NCBI GenBank assembly: GCA_903839975.1
Contig: CAIMEH010000002.1
Span: forward strand, 1 to 63,628
Length of the DNA: 63,628 nt
Source: an uncultured Candidatus Berkelbacteria bacterium
GTDB lineage: Bacteria; Patescibacteriota; UBA1384; 2-12-FULL-50-11
Reading direction: 5' to 3'
Part shown: in pieces, positions 16,235 to 26,239 of the stretch
Layout of the letters: every line of letters starts with the position of its first letter
How positions within the stretch are numbered: the stretch's first letter is position 1
The notes under the pieces: model-generated
The model's input: the letters and a program-made list of their open reading frames with translations, nothing else
Told to the model about the DNA's origin: nothing
Database searches by the model: none
Program-made: the position numbers and the translations under genes

Positions 16235-17545
16235 CTAGCGAAGCTTCCTCCGAATGAAAGCGGGTACGTCGAACTCGTCGTCATCGTCGTTGCCGGCGGC
16301 TGGGCGTTTTGGTTCTTCTTTTGGTTCGATCTTTTTATTTGGGCTGAAAAAATCCTCCCGGGCGCGTCTTGGCTGGACGGCTGGCAGCTCTGGCTCTGGT
16401 GTTGGGGCAGCTGCACGATCCCTGCGGAAGAACGGCTGTGGAGTGCTCTCTGGTTCTGGCTGATACGGCTGTGGATTATTGTTGCCGAAGAACGGGATGC
16501 TTGGTACTCCTTGCTGTGGAGAATGACCTAGCGGTGAGCCGTAACTGCTACTCTCTTCACCAATTCCTGGTCGGCGTTTGGCAGGTGGTTTTGGTAGTTC
16601 AGTTTCAAAGCCGGTAGCAATAACAGTAATTTTAATCTCGCCACTCATAGCTTCGTCCACACCTGCTCCAAAGATAATATTAGCTTCTGGATGTGCCGCT
16701 TCGGTAATAGCTTTTGAGGCTTCTTCAATCTCATACATAGTCATGTCTGGACCGCCAGCGATGGTGAATAAAATCCCCATGGCGCCATCGATTGAGAGTT
16801 CGAGAAGTGGTGAATCGATTGCTTGGCGGGCAGCTTCAATGGCACGGTTCTCGCCGGAAGCGCGGCCAATTCCCATCAGAGCTGAGCCGGCATCTTGCAT
16901 AATAGTTCGAACGTCAGCAAAGTCTACATTAATAAGCATTGGTACCACGATGGCGTCAGAAATTCCTTGCACACCTTGGCGCAAGATATCATCAACGATA
17001 CCAAAGGCATCTGAGAAACTGGTTTTCTTGTCGATTACCTGAAGTAGTCGGTCGTTTGGAAGGGTAATAAGGGTGTCAACTTTGTCACGTAGATCTTCGA
17101 TACCCAAATCGGCGATCTTGCGTCGGCGCAAGCCTTCAAAGCTGAATGGTTTGGTAACGACGCCGATAGTTAGGGCGCCAAGTTCTTTGGCGATTTGGGC
17201 GACCATTGGTGCTGCACCAGTTCCGGTACCGCCACCACCACCGAAAGTAACAAAGACCATATCTGCGCCTTTAAGCACTTCGTAGATCTCGTCTTTATTC
17301 TCTTCGGCACTCTTTCTTCCAACTTCAGTGTCGGCACCGGCACCCAAACCACGAGTGGTTTCTTTGCCGATTTGAACCTTAATCGGCGCTGGGTTATTCA
17401 TTAAAGCCTGCGCGTCTGTGTTGATAGCAATAAACTCCACTCCACGAACTCGAGCGGCTATCATTCGGGCAATTGCGTTCCCACCGGAACCGCCAACGCC
17501 ACAAACTTTAATATTTGCAAAAGTGTCTAAACTTTCTCTATCCAT
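16235..17545 (-). CDS. ftsZ: Cell division protein FtsZ
   Basis: [10 protein letters not shown] tubulin signature and a Pro-rich C-terminal linker. Confidence 0.95.
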   Translation of the reverse strand: MDRESLDTFANIKVCGVGGSGGNAIARMIAARVRGVEFIAINTDAQALMNNPAPIKVQIGKETTRGLGAGADTEVGRKSAEENKDEIYEVLKGADMVFVTFGGGGGTGTGAAPMVAQIAKELGALTIGVVTKPFSFEGLRRRKIADLGIEDLRDKVDTLITLPNDRLLQVIDKKTSFSDAFGIVDDILRQGVQGISDAIVVPMLINVDFADVRTIMQDAGSALMGIGRASGENRAIEAARQAIDSPLLELSIDGAMGILFTIAGGPDMTMYEIEEASKAITEAAHPEANIIFGAGVDEAMSGEIKITVIATGFETELPKPPAKRRPGIGEESSSYGSPLGHSPQQGVPSIPFFGNNNPQPYQPEPESTPQPFFRRDRAAAPTPEPELPAVQPRRAREDFFSPNKKIEPKEEPKRPAAGNDDDDEFDVPAFIRRKLR

Positions 17546-17563
17546 TGAAATTTAAGTAAGTAA

Positions 17564-18802
17564 TTAATTTGTAAAATTCTTCAAAAACCCGCGGAATCGG
17601 TCAATTACCCCTCCAAATTTTCCAAACTCCATTCGCCAAGGTGCGTTTTTGTCGCCAGTCTCTTCCACTGCCCAGAGCACAAGTCCGACGCTGGTAGCGT
17701 ATATCGGACTATCAATCTTGTCAATGATTCCCGAAAGTGGTGCTACCGGATACCCCACCGATGCAGGTAAACGAAGCTGGGCTCGGGCTAATTCGGTTAA
17801 GCCCTCGAGCTCACTACCACCACCAGTGAAAATTGCTCCTGCTGGTAATAAACCATCTTTCCCAATGTTTTGCAACTCTTCTTTAATTAATTGAAATATT
17901 TCCGAGATTCTGGCTTCGATAATCTCGGCTACGTGCTTGCGAGAAACCTTTTCGCTTTCAGCTGGATCTAGGTTGGAAAGATTAATCATCTCCCCTTCTC
18001 TAATTTTGGTTGGATCAGCGATACCGTATTTATCTTTAATCATCTCGGCAACGTCTAGGTTGGTGCGCAATCCGATGGCGATGTCGTTGGTTATATGCAT
18101 CGAACCGATCGGTAAACAAGCGGCGTGGAGTAGCTGACCTTCTTCGTAGACAACCATATTAGTGGAGCCGCTGCCGAAATCTATTAAAATAACACCGCTT
18201 TCGCGCTGTTTTTTGGTGGTAACGGCTTTGGCGGCAGCTAGCGGAGCAAAAACAAGGCCATCTATCTCTAAACCGGCTTGGTTAACAACTTTAACCAAAT
18301 TACGGATAGCGGCAGCAGAGCTACTTATAATAAGAGCATCGAGCTCAAGACGGATACCGTTCATCCCAACTGGGTCGCGGACCTCCTCTTGGCCATCTAA
18401 CAAGAAACGCTGTGGAAAAATATGAACTAACTCTCTGTTTTGAGGTAGGGTTGAAGTTCTGGCAGCTTCAATCACTCGTTCAACGTCAGCTGGGTCAACT
18501 TCGCCGGTCGGGCGAGAAATAGCAACAACTCCTTTAGCTTGCTGGGATTCAATTTGGGCGCCAGATATTGAAACATAAGTATGGGTAATATTAGTTCCAG
18601 CCATACGTTCGGCTTCTTCCAAAACATGCGATATAGCGCTGACAGTCTCTTCTGGGTCGGTAATAACACCTTTACGTAAGCCGGAGTGTGGTACGGCAGC
18701 CAAACCAATAATGTGGACGCCATCTTCGGTAACAGTACCCACACAAACAGCGATCTTGGCAGTGCCGATGTCTAAGCCAACTAATAGGTTATCTTTCGCC
18801 AT
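17564..18802 (-). CDS. ftsA: Cell division protein FtsA
   Basis: Actin-like ATPase (GLDIGTAKI), directly upstream of ftsZ. Confidence 0.9.
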   Translation of the reverse strand: MAKDNLLVGLDIGTAKIAVCVGTVTEDGVHIIGLAAVPHSGLRKGVITDPEETVSAISHVLEEAERMAGTNITHTYVSISGAQIESQQAKGVVAISRPTGEVDPADVERVIEAARTSTLPQNRELVHIFPQRFLLDGQEEVRDPVGMNGIRLELDALIISSSAAAIRNLVKVVNQAGLEIDGLVFAPLAAAKAVTTKKQRESGVILIDFGSGSTNMVVYEEGQLLHAACLPIGSMHITNDIAIGLRTNLDVAEMIKDKYGIADPTKIREGEMINLSNLDPAESEKVSRKHVAEIIEARISEIFQLIKEELQNIGKDGLLPAGAIFTGGGSELEGLTELARAQLRLPASVGYPVAPLSGIIDKIDSPIYATSVGLVLWAVEETGDKNAPWRMEFGKFGGVIDRFRGFLKNFTN

Positions 18803-18817
18803 TACCCTCCGTGTTCA

Positions 18818-19192
18818 TCATGAATGATTATACCCCAATAAGTGGAGTAAGCCGTGACCGGCAAGCATATTTACTTCTTCTTGTAAGGAAATTCCGGCTG
18901 AATCTGCTTGTTTGGCGGCGGTGTCAACAGATATAATTACAGCCCCTAAAGGCGACTCGGAGTTCTTGGAGTACTCTGGGTTAGCAAAACTCAGCACGTC
19001 TGTTGGCTGATCTTTCTTTAGATATTTTGCATTTAACTTCTGTATCGTTGGATCCTTCGCTAGATTTATCTCTACATTAACTGTACCAACGACTGGTAGG
19101 CGTCGCAAGATAAGCTCAAGATGTTCTTGAACTTTGTCTGCTTTAATGTCGGAATTGGTGGTGTCGGTGAAATCTAAAATTACACCGGACAT
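18818..19192 (-). CDS. ybeY: rRNA maturation endoribonuclease YbeY
   Basis: C-terminal HGLLHLLGYNH metal-binding motif. Confidence 0.85.
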   Translation of the reverse strand: MSGVILDFTDTTNSDIKADKVQEHLELILRRLPVVGTVNVEINLAKDPTIQKLNAKYLKKDQPTDVLSFANPEYSKNSESPLGAVIISVDTAAKQADSAGISLQEEVNMLAGHGLLHLLGYNHS

Positions 19193-19194
19193 TC

Positions 19195-19638
19195 TTAATT
19201 TTGGAAGGCTTCTCGAACAATTTTTGAAACAATAGCCATGTCGGCTTTGCCTTTGAACTGTGGCGAAAGGGCGCCTATGGTCTGTCCCATCTTGGTGATG
19301 TCTTTAGGGTTGGTTTCGAAGTACTTATCCACAATTTCTTTGATTTGGGCTTCGTCCATCTGTTCCGGAAGATAATCTAAGAGGACATCGATCTCTTTCT
19401 GTTCTTGTTCAGCTAGTTCTGGTTTGTCGACTTGATTGTAAGCTTCGATAGATTCTTTACGTTTTTTAACCTCGCGGGCAATGATTGTGGCTGCCTCCTC
19501 ATCACTAAGGTCATGACCGGCTTCGATTGATTGGTTTTTCAGAGCGCTTTTAACTAAACGTAAAGTATCTCGGCGAAGTTCGTCCGAGTTTTTCATTGCC
19601 GAGACTAGATCCCCCTCGATTCTCTCGGTTAGAGTCAT
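19195..19638 (-). CDS. GatB/YqeY domain protein
   Basis: YqeY-like sequence starting MTLTERIEGDL. The start was trimmed to 19638 because the longer ORF overlaps rpsU. Confidence 0.75.
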   Translation of the reverse strand: MTLTERIEGDLVSAMKNSDELRRDTLRLVKSALKNQSIEAGHDLSDEEAATIIAREVKKRKESIEAYNQVDKPELAEQEQKEIDVLLDYLPEQMDEAQIKEIVDKYFETNPKDITKMGQTIGALSPQFKGKADMAIVSKIVREAFQN

Positions 19639-19639
19639 A

Positions 19640-19846
19640 TTAGTAACCGCGTTTAGCTTTGCGGCGAACGGCTTTACCCTGGGCTGCCTTGCGGCGGGCG
19701 TTGCGGCTTGGACCTTTAACAAACTCTTTACGAGCTTTGATCTCGGTCATGATGTCGGATTGCTGGACGTCACGGAAAAAGCGTCGTAAAACGACTTCTA
19801 CTGGTGCGCCTTCGCGCTCTCTATCTCTTGAATAGTGTTCTGACAT
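19640..19846 (-). CDS. rpsU: 30S ribosomal protein S21
   Basis: 68 aa, basic. ...RRFFRDVQQS...KARKEF.KPS..RRK is an S21-type sequence. Confidence 0.85.
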   Translation of the reverse strand: MSEHYSRDREREGAPVEVVLRRFFRDVQQSDIMTEIKARKEFVKGPSRNARRKAAQGKAVRRKAKRGY

Positions 19847-19889
19847 AATTAACTAAATTTTAGCACGAAATGTGGATAAATTCAAAGGG

Positions 19890-20222
19890 CTAATACATGC
19901 CTTTTGATGGCGTACCACCAATTAGGTGCATGTGGACGTGGTCAACCTCTTGGCCGGCGTGTTTGCCGACGTTAAAAAGCAGTCTATAACCAGAATCTTT
20001 TACGCCTAATATTTGGGCAATTTCTTCGCTGCCGTTAAGCATATCAGAGATCTCCTCCGGTCTTAGTTCTTCTGGTTTTTCCACATGGCGTTTTGGCACT
20101 ATTAATACATGAACTGGGGCTTTTGGGTGAATATCCTTAAATGCCACGTAGTTACTAGTCTCTAAAATCTGTTCAGACGGTATTTCTTCCTTAATTATCT
20201 TGCAAAACAAGCAATCTTCCAT
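19890..20222 (-). CDS. HIT-family (histidine triad) nucleotide-binding protein
   Basis: HVHMHLIGG triad. The start was trimmed to MEDCLFCKII (20222). TGCTACAAT (20229-20237) lies 6 nt upstream. Confidence 0.85.
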   Translation of the reverse strand: MEDCLFCKIIKEEIPSEQILETSNYVAFKDIHPKAPVHVLIVPKRHVEKPEELRPEEISDMLNGSEEIAQILGVKDSGYRLLFNVGKHAGQEVDHVHMHLIGGTPSKGMY

Positions 20223-20256
20223 TCCCAGATTGTAGCAGAAAATACCCTCAATAGCC

Positions 20257-20285
20257 TTGACAGAAACTAGCTTAACAGGTATACT
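20257..20285 (+). promoter_or_regulatory. Sigma70-like promoter, TTGACA-N17-TATACT
   Basis: ttgacagaaactagcttaacaggtatact. It would give a leader of about 215 nt before the ATG at 20507. Confidence 0.6.
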
Positions 20286-20291
20286 GCTTCC

Positions 20292-20506
20292 ACTTCCAAC
20301 GGGAAGCTTTTTTATCAAGTAAATTCCAGCTTTGCTGGAACAAAGATTTACTTGAAAAGCTGCCTTTAGTGTTTTGCCAACGGCATAGCCGCATGGCAAA
20401 AACACCAGCCTTGGCTGGTGGCAGCTTATTAGTCACAGGGCAACTTGTGCATGAAGCGTAACCAGGAAGACTGCCGTAAAAAAGCAGGAAACAAAAGGAG
20501 AATAAT
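20292..20506 (+). promoter_or_regulatory. Long structured 5' leader (unknown class)
   Basis: Contains a hairpin plus U6 (20286-20313), a 9-bp stem caagtaaat/atttacttg (20316-20354) and a three-way junction closed by aagctgcc/ggcagctt (20357-20427). Confidence 0.45.
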
Positions 20507-21217
20507 ATGTCCCCTATTCGTCTTAACGACGTGTCAGGGAGGGTGTACAAACGCCTTAAGCGTTCGTACAAGCGCAACATTAACACTTTAAACCTAATTA
20601 AAATTACGCTCGTTGCGGTAATGGTGATGTCGTATACGCTTTCACTGGGAAATACCCAGGCCCAAGCGAATAGCGGAGATGTTGTTCTCGTAGGTAGTCT
20701 CACGGCTTTAACACCAGAGATTGTCTCGGTCAACTCACCGAAGGTGAATATTCAGATCACCCAATCCCAATACCAGCTTGATCAGGCAAAACAGGCTTTA
20801 GCTGCTAAAAAGGCCGCTACTGTAACTGTTGTCGCTTCAAGTATTGAGCCTTCAGCTGCTGAGAAGCAAGCTTGGGTGAAAAAGGCTGCCGGAACTTTCG
20901 GTATCGACTGGAAGGTCCTTGCAGCTGTCTGGCAAGTTGAGTCGGGTCAAACCTGGTCTACCAGTCGTAGCTCTTACGCTGGTGCCGTTGGTCCGTGTCA
21001 GTTCTTGCCTTCAACATGGCGTAGTTACGCTTACGACGGTGACGGAAACGGTACGGCAAGCATTTATAATGCTTCCGACTGTCTCTTCGGTGCGGCTAAG
21101 TTGCTTGCCTCTAACGGTGCCTCTTCAGGAAACGTTACACAAGCCTTGCTTCACTACAACCACTCGATGGCGTACGTGAACAAAGTGTTAGGTATTGCGA
21201 ACTCTTACAGTGGGTAA
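20507..21217 (+). CDS. Secreted lytic transglycosylase-like protein
   Basis: N-terminal TM/signal segment. WQVESGQ (catalytic Glu) and GPCQFLPSTW motifs of SLT-type transglycosylases. SD sequence AAGGAG upstream. Confidence 0.7.
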   Translation: MSPIRLNDVSGRVYKRLKRSYKRNINTLNLIKITLVAVMVMSYTLSLGNTQAQANSGDVVLVGSLTALTPEIVSVNSPKVNIQITQSQYQLDQAKQALAAKKAATVTVVASSIEPSAAEKQAWVKKAAGTFGIDWKVLAAVWQVESGQTWSTSRSSYAGAVGPCQFLPSTWRSYAYDGDGNGTASIYNASDCLFGAAKLLASNGASSGNVTQALLHYNHSMAYVNKVLGIANSYSG

Positions 21218-21236
21218 AACCATTGTAAGACAGATT

Positions 21237-21265
21237 CCCCGCCCTCGTGGCGGGGTTTTTGTTTT
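21237..21265 (+). terminator. Rho-independent terminator
   Basis: ccccgcc-ctcgt-ggcgggg followed by tttttgtttt. Confidence 0.8.
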
Positions 21266-21266
21266 C

Positions 21267-22385
21267 CTAGTAGGTTACGGCGTTGCCGGCAGGGATTGCT
21301 TCGTACCAAGTATTCCCGACGTTAAATTTAACCGGTGCACCTGTTGAATCAAGGATTTGAGTTGGGGCTTTATCGGATGCCTTGCTCCAGGTGCCAACAA
21401 TCGCGTCTCCGTCGATGAATATATAAGCTTTGCCTGTGCCATTTAGGGCATAGATTGTTTCTGGTTTGCCGTCTGGCTGAGTCCCGTAAGTAACTGGGAT
21501 TGCTAATACAACAACATTCTTTACGGTAATTTGAGCGCTAGTGTTTCGGTCGATGCTAGCAACGCCGGCATTTAATCTTTTATATGAATTGGTTGTGGCA
21601 TCGTATTGGTACTCAATATTATACGAAGTTGAGCCAAAATTGATATCGATTTTAGTATGAGTAGGTGTTGCAACAGGAGCGTCGGCTTTTCTGGTTAAGC
21701 CTTTGAAGGTTGGGGCGGTATTGAATTTCAGCGTGGCAAGTAAATTGGCCAGCATATCGGTTTTGGTATAGAGATTGTGTGGAGCAACCCGATCGGTAGC
21801 ACGATAGAAATAACTTGTCCCATACACCAAGGCATCGACGTTCTTTAAGCCTGACGGGCCGATTTTGGCCAAAGCTGGTTGCGAACCACCGGCGTGAACT
21901 GCGGGAATGTCGTATTCTGTTGCCCAGTCCAAATAATATGGTCGTAGGCTTCTAACTGGTCCGATAACAGCTGGGTAAGGCTGTTGGAAGATTGCCATAA
22001 AACGAGTAATTCCACCCTCGGCGATAGCTTCATAAACAACTCCCGCCTGGCTTAAGCCTGATTGTGGACGGGCGTCAGTGGAGTTCTCGATCATCACGGC
22101 CGTTACTGGTTTGGCGGCGGTGGCCGAGTCAACCATCGCACCCGTTAAGGCATCGGCAACAGTTGTTGGTTGTGGTGTGGCGGTTGTTGTAGTGTCGTTG
22201 GTTGTATTTGTGGTCTGGGTTTTTGGCGTATACATTACCCACACAACGGCGCCAATCCCGATAATTACCACCGGAATAGCAATATAAAATACTTTTCGAT
22301 ACTTACTGAAGAAATCTTTAATTTTATTAGGCTTTTTTAACGAACTAACTGTTGGCGGCGTAACAGACTGTAAATTTATATCCAT
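21267..22385 (-). CDS. DUF3048 domain protein (YerB-like, secreted/lipoprotein-like)
   Basis: VMIENSTDARPQSGL...GGITRFMAIF is characteristic of DUF3048. N-terminal TM segment. Confidence 0.7.
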   Translation of the reverse strand: MDINLQSVTPPTVSSLKKPNKIKDFFSKYRKVFYIAIPVVIIGIGAVVWVMYTPKTQTTNTTNDTTTTATPQPTTVADALTGAMVDSATAAKPVTAVMIENSTDARPQSGLSQAGVVYEAIAEGGITRFMAIFQQPYPAVIGPVRSLRPYYLDWATEYDIPAVHAGGSQPALAKIGPSGLKNVDALVYGTSYFYRATDRVAPHNLYTKTDMLANLLATLKFNTAPTFKGLTRKADAPVATPTHTKIDINFGSTSYNIEYQYDATTNSYKRLNAGVASIDRNTSAQITVKNVVVLAIPVTYGTQPDGKPETIYALNGTGKAYIFIDGDAIVGTWSKASDKAPTQILDSTGAPVKFNVGNTWYEAIPAGNAVTY

Positions 22386-22488
22386 AATTTAACGTTACGG
22401 GATAATATTTAGCTTGCCAAGTCTGGACTCGGCTTACTATTAAAGTTAAAATTACCTCACGGAATTGAGTTCCATTGGAGGAAAGATT

Positions 22489-22743
22489 ATGGGCACTAAC
22501 GAGTCGGGGGTTAAAACAACTAAGATTCAGGTCCAGCTAATTAACAAGACAAACAACGAGCAACTTTTCTTTGGCTACTTAGTGTTTATCAACAATGAAT
22601 CGGATAGCGCAGTTGGTAGAGACCACTTTTATTTAGAGAATTCTACTAGTAATAAGGTTGCAATCCAGGCAGCTTGGATCGACAAGCTTAGGGCGCTAGT
22701 CAAAAAGCACGATTTGGATGCTTGCAACGTAATTTATGTTTGA
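22489..22743 (+). CDS. Hypothetical small protein (84 aa)
   Basis: ATG at 22489 is preceded by GGAGGAAAGATT. No recognisable domain. Confidence 0.45.
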   Translation: MGTNESGVKTTKIQVQLINKTNNEQLFFGYLVFINNESDSAVGRDHFYLENSTSNKVAIQAAWIDKLRALVKKHDLDACNVIYV

Positions 22744-24110
22744 ATGGGATTGTCCCGAACCAGCTGCCGAGCGATCTCGGCGGCTTTTTCTTTATCGTCT
22801 TCCTTTAATTCTCCGTCCAAAACCATTTCCAATAATTTCTCTTTTATTGGTTTAATCCATGCGCCGGCTGGACGGTGAAACATCTCCATTAGCTCCTCAC
22901 CAGATAGCGGCGATTTTATTTTGGCGATCTCGGCTTCCTCTTCGAGCTTGGCAATACGTTCTTTCAGTTTGTCGCGGCCAGCTTTATATTTGGCTAGTTT
23001 AACCTGGTTGCCGCCGGTAGAGTCGGCTTCGGCGAAAGCAAATAAATCATCCAAGGTTTCGCCGGCGTCTCGAACAAAGCGACGTACCGCACCGTCGGTC
23101 CATAAGCCATCATCGTTTGGAATTCTTTGATGCAGATAAACTAGTTTTGAGACATAATCGACGAACTCGTTAGAGTATTTTAGTCGTCGCAAAACGTTTT
23201 TAGCGGTTCGGGAGCCAACGTTCTCGTGGCCTAAAAAGTGCCACTCGTTGCCAACTCGTCGTCTGGTTTGTGGTTTAGCAATATCGTGAAGCAAGGCGCA
23301 CCACCTCAGCTCAATTATGGGTGGTGTTTGGTCTAGAACCTGCAAAATGTGGTGATAGATATCTTTATGTTGGTGGGCTTCGAATTCAATATTTATTGAC
23401 GGCAAAAGCTCGGGCAGAATGTAGTTTATTAAGCCGGTTTCGACCATGACTTCAATGGCCCTACTAGGTTTACTGGCGAGTAAAATTTTATCCATCTCCC
23501 CCGCTACCCGCTCGGACGATAATATAGCAAATCGTTCTTTCTCAACTTTAATTCCGCCAAGTGTTTCTGGTTCGATCTCAAAATTTAACTGCACCATAAA
23601 ACGAATAGCACGGAGCATTCTTAGCGGGTCTTCATTGAACCTGTCTCTGGCATCGCCGACGCTGCGGATAATTTTATCTTCAATATCGCCTTGGCCGTCG
23701 TAAGGATCGATAAGTTTATTTTTTTCCAAATCGTAAGCGATAGCGTTAACGGTAAAATCGCGTCGTGCCAGATCTTCTTCTAAACTACTGCCAAATTCCA
23801 CTATCGGTTTTCTGGAATCTATGGAATAGTCCTCACTTCGATAAGTGGTTACTTCGATTGGCTCACTGTTAAATTCGCCGGTTATGGTTCCAAAGCGTTT
23901 ACCGATTGTACCGATTTTTTTACAGCCAAAACTGCGAATTATTTGCTCAATTTTATCTGGCCGGGCATTAGTAGTTAAATCCCATTCCTTTACCGGCAAG
24001 TTCAATAATTGGTTTCTGATGGCGCCACCAACTATAGATAGCTCGAAGCCACTTTCCTTAAAGTCTTCACCAAGTTTTTTCAGCCATTCTGGAATATTTA
24101 AGTTGGCCAT
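22734..24110 (-). CDS. cca: CCA-adding tRNA nucleotidyltransferase with HD domain
   Basis: PolyA_pol head domain (GGAIRNQLL...DLTT) plus an HD region (LLHDIAKP). Confidence 0.8.
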   Translation of the reverse strand: MANLNIPEWLKKLGEDFKESGFELSIVGGAIRNQLLNLPVKEWDLTTNARPDKIEQIIRSFGCKKIGTIGKRFGTITGEFNSEPIEVTTYRSEDYSIDSRKPIVEFGSSLEEDLARRDFTVNAIAYDLEKNKLIDPYDGQGDIEDKIIRSVGDARDRFNEDPLRMLRAIRFMVQLNFEIEPETLGGIKVEKERFAILSSERVAGEMDKILLASKPSRAIEVMVETGLINYILPELLPSINIEFEAHQHKDIYHHILQVLDQTPPIIELRWCALLHDIAKPQTRRRVGNEWHFLGHENVGSRTAKNVLRRLKYSNEFVDYVSKLVYLHQRIPNDDGLWTDGAVRRFVRDAGETLDDLFAFAEADSTGGNQVKLAKYKAGRDKLKERIAKLEEEAEIAKIKSPLSGEELMEMFHRPAGAWIKPIKEKLLEMVLDGELKEDDKEKAAEIARQLVRDNPIQT

Positions 24111-24137
24111 TTGCCAAAATTTTACCAGTAATACCGG

Positions 24138-25526
24138 TTAAGAGCGAGCTCGAATGTAGTAATTTACTCTCAACATCAGGAAACAACCGGCAGCTGCCCA
24201 AAGGGCAATAATTAATTCTGTTGCAAAAAGTGAAACCGTTCCGTAAAAAGCCAAGGCGACAATTACAAGCACTAACGAGATAAGGGAGCCCAAAATTAAC
24301 ATTCGGCTGCTGTCGTGGGGGTTAACATTTTTAGTTAAGGCTAAACTCTCAGCGTTTAGGCCGGTATAGAAAAATACTAGGTGAGCACCCAAAGCAAAAA
24401 TGGCAACAAATATCGCCTGTGGCCAGCTAATAGATTTGCCTATCAAGCCAAGAAATATGGTAATTAATACTAGCAATAGAATGGCAGAGGCGAAGATATT
24501 CGACAAGGGTCTAATCTTTTTACTCTGAGGAAGTTTCTTGAAGTACTGCAACTCCCCTTCCGCTGCCCGTCCGGCCGTTACGGCAAGAACAAATGTAATT
24601 AGCCAGGTAAAGACAACTAGCCCGCCAACGAGAACCTTCCCTTCATTTAGTAATAGAAAGTCGGCTACGAACGGGTAAAACAAAAAGGCTACCAGTATTG
24701 CTAAAATTCTTCTTTGAAAATACGCCGATCGCAGATAATAAAGCCAGTTTAGTATTATGCTGGCCACGAACGGACTTTTTACATATTTAAATAATCGCAG
24801 GTGGCCAGCGGCATTCCAGAATTTTCGACTTTCATTGCTGGTTAAGGCAGTAGCATTAAATATTAGTTCGATTCCGGTTACCGCAATGGCGCAAACACTA
24901 GTGAGCAACAGAATAAATGGCAAGAAAATGTTCGTGGACGGTGCTAAGAATAGGTCGATCTCTATTCGACTAAAGAAGCTATATTTGGTTAGAATAACCA
25001 TCGAAACAGTGAAGGCAACTAGAATTAGTATTGTTAGTCGAACTAAAGCATTTTTTGATGCCCTTCTAACTATTAAGGCAATTAATGTTGAGACAAGTGA
25101 AACTGAAAGAAACGCGGTGTAGACAATTAATACAAATATTTTGTCGATCCAGATACTTCCCGAGCCGTAGTAGTAATAAATTGAGCCGTAATATGGCACC
25201 ACGGTAATAGTGGCAAGTAATAGGCCAAGTCCGATTCCCTTAGCCAGCCCTAACCAAAGCCAACCGTCTTTATTGATAAAACCCAGTCCTGTTGGCCGAT
25301 GAGTATCGATATAGCGTAAGCCTAACCAAGTGCCGTAGGCAAAGGCCAGAAATACAAATATACCCAGTAAATAGATTTGATTAATACCGGCAAGGCCCAA
25401 GATCCAGAAGATACTACCAACGATTAGACCGATAATAAGCACAATTACTCCGAGCCAAAACCCGCTCCAGCCGAGCTTTTCGATCTTCCGCCCAAAGGTG
25501 AGCGTTAAGTATCTACTCAGCATCAC
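24138..25526 (-). CDS. Polytopic membrane protein (about 12 TM), putative ABC permease partner
   Basis: 462 aa, hydrophobic throughout. Overlaps the upstream ABC ATPase gene by 4 nt. Confidence 0.5.
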   Translation of the reverse strand: MMLSRYLTLTFGRKIEKLGWSGFWLGVIVLIIGLIVGSIFWILGLAGINQIYLLGIFVFLAFAYGTWLGLRYIDTHRPTGLGFINKDGWLWLGLAKGIGLGLLLATITVVPYYGSIYYYYGSGSIWIDKIFVLIVYTAFLSVSLVSTLIALIVRRASKNALVRLTILILVAFTVSMVILTKYSFFSRIEIDLFLAPSTNIFLPFILLLTSVCAIAVTGIELIFNATALTSNESRKFWNAAGHLRLFKYVKSPFVASIILNWLYYLRSAYFQRRILAILVAFLFYPFVADFLLLNEGKVLVGGLVVFTWLITFVLAVTAGRAAEGELQYFKKLPQSKKIRPLSNIFASAILLLVLITIFLGLIGKSISWPQAIFVAIFALGAHLVFFYTGLNAESLALTKNVNPHDSSRMLILGSLISLVLVIVALAFYGTVSLFATELIIALWAAAGCFLMLRVNYYIRARS

Positions 25527-26239
25527 TTCCTTAAGAGCCGATGATAGATATCGGTAAGGTCTTTCTTTGATTGAGCTTGGTGAGTTAATTCGCCTAAAGT
25601 GCCTTCAGCAATAATTCGGCCTTCATCAATAATGCAGAAATAATTTCCAATTTGTTCGGCGAATAGCAGATCGTTTGTGGCGATTACTGCGCAACCATTG
25701 TTGCCGATATGTCTATTAAGTTGATCTAAGGCAACACTCTGGCCGTGACTATCTAAGTATTGAAGTGGTTCGTCCCAAAGCAGTATCGGCGGCTCTGCCA
25801 AAAGTGTGGCGATTAAGCCAATTCGCTGACGAGTGGCCAAGCTAACTCTTTCCATAACGGTATAAAGTCCGCGGCTGCAGTTAAGGTTTTTGGCTAGCCC
25901 GATTATTTTTTCAGTTCTTGAGCTTGGCTCCAAGTAATAAAGCGCCCCAATAATATCTAGGTATTCATAGCCCGTTAAATGAAGAGGTGGTAGAAAGCTT
26001 TGGGGTAAATAGCCGATTTGAGAGCGATATTTTTCCGCATCGCTGCGACTCTGGAAATGATAAGCAGAAATGCTACCGGAGTACTCGGAATCTGGGTCGG
26101 CTAATCTTTCTATTATTAGCGATTTACCACAACCGTTTGGGCCGACTAAAACTAAAACTTCTCCCTTATCAACGTCTAGGTTAATATCGGTTAAGCCGCC
26201 AGATAGTTTTTCGTAACTTAGTCCCCTCGCTTTTAACAT
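25523..26239 (-). CDS. ABC transporter ATP-binding protein
   Basis: Walker A GPNGCGKS and Walker B LLWDEP. The signature motif is degenerate (SLATRQR instead of LSGGQ). Confidence 0.8.
   Translation of the reverse strand: MLKARGLSYEKLSGGLTDINLDVDKGEVLVLVGPNGCGKSLIIERLADPDSEYSGSISAYHFQSRSDAEKYRSQIGYLPQSFLPPLHLTGYEYLDIIGALYYLEPSSRTEKIIGLAKNLNCSRGLYTVMERVSLATRQRIGLIATLLAEPPILLWDEPLQYLDSHGQSVALDQLNRHIGNNGCAVIATNDLLFAEQIGNYFCIIDEGRIIAEGTLGELTHQAQSKKDLTDIYHRLLRK

Noticed and set aside
16254-18744. Multiple ORFs of 60-154 aa, antisense or out of frame, inside ftsZ and ftsA (for example 16578-17042, 16369-16617, 17649-17894, 18162-18425).
   Set aside because: They lie entirely within well-supported conserved genes and have low-complexity, Ser/Pro/Ala-rich translations typical of shadow ORFs. 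They also lack start-site signals. The same applies to similar shadow ORFs inside secD, nrdJ, clpC, nusA, the helicase gene, leuS, aspS and pheT.
19639-19722. An extended start for the GatB/YqeY gene that overlaps rpsU.
   Set aside because: The extension is the reverse-frame overlap with the S21 coding region. An ATG at 19638 directly follows the rpsU stop and begins the conserved domain.
20292-20506. Calling the transglycosylase leader a ydaO (c-di-AMP) riboswitch.
   Set aside because: The conserved ydaO elements (GGGGA..CCA, ACGGGGU, CCCGAACC) are absent. It is retained as an unknown structured leader.
20223-20733. Long N-terminal extension of the HIT ORF (to 20405) and the 153-aa minus-strand ORF 20272-20733.
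   Set aside because: Both run through a region with divergent promoters and a structured leader, and the second ORF is antisense to the transglycosylase gene. The HIT domain begins at Met 20222, with a -10 box 6 nt upstream.
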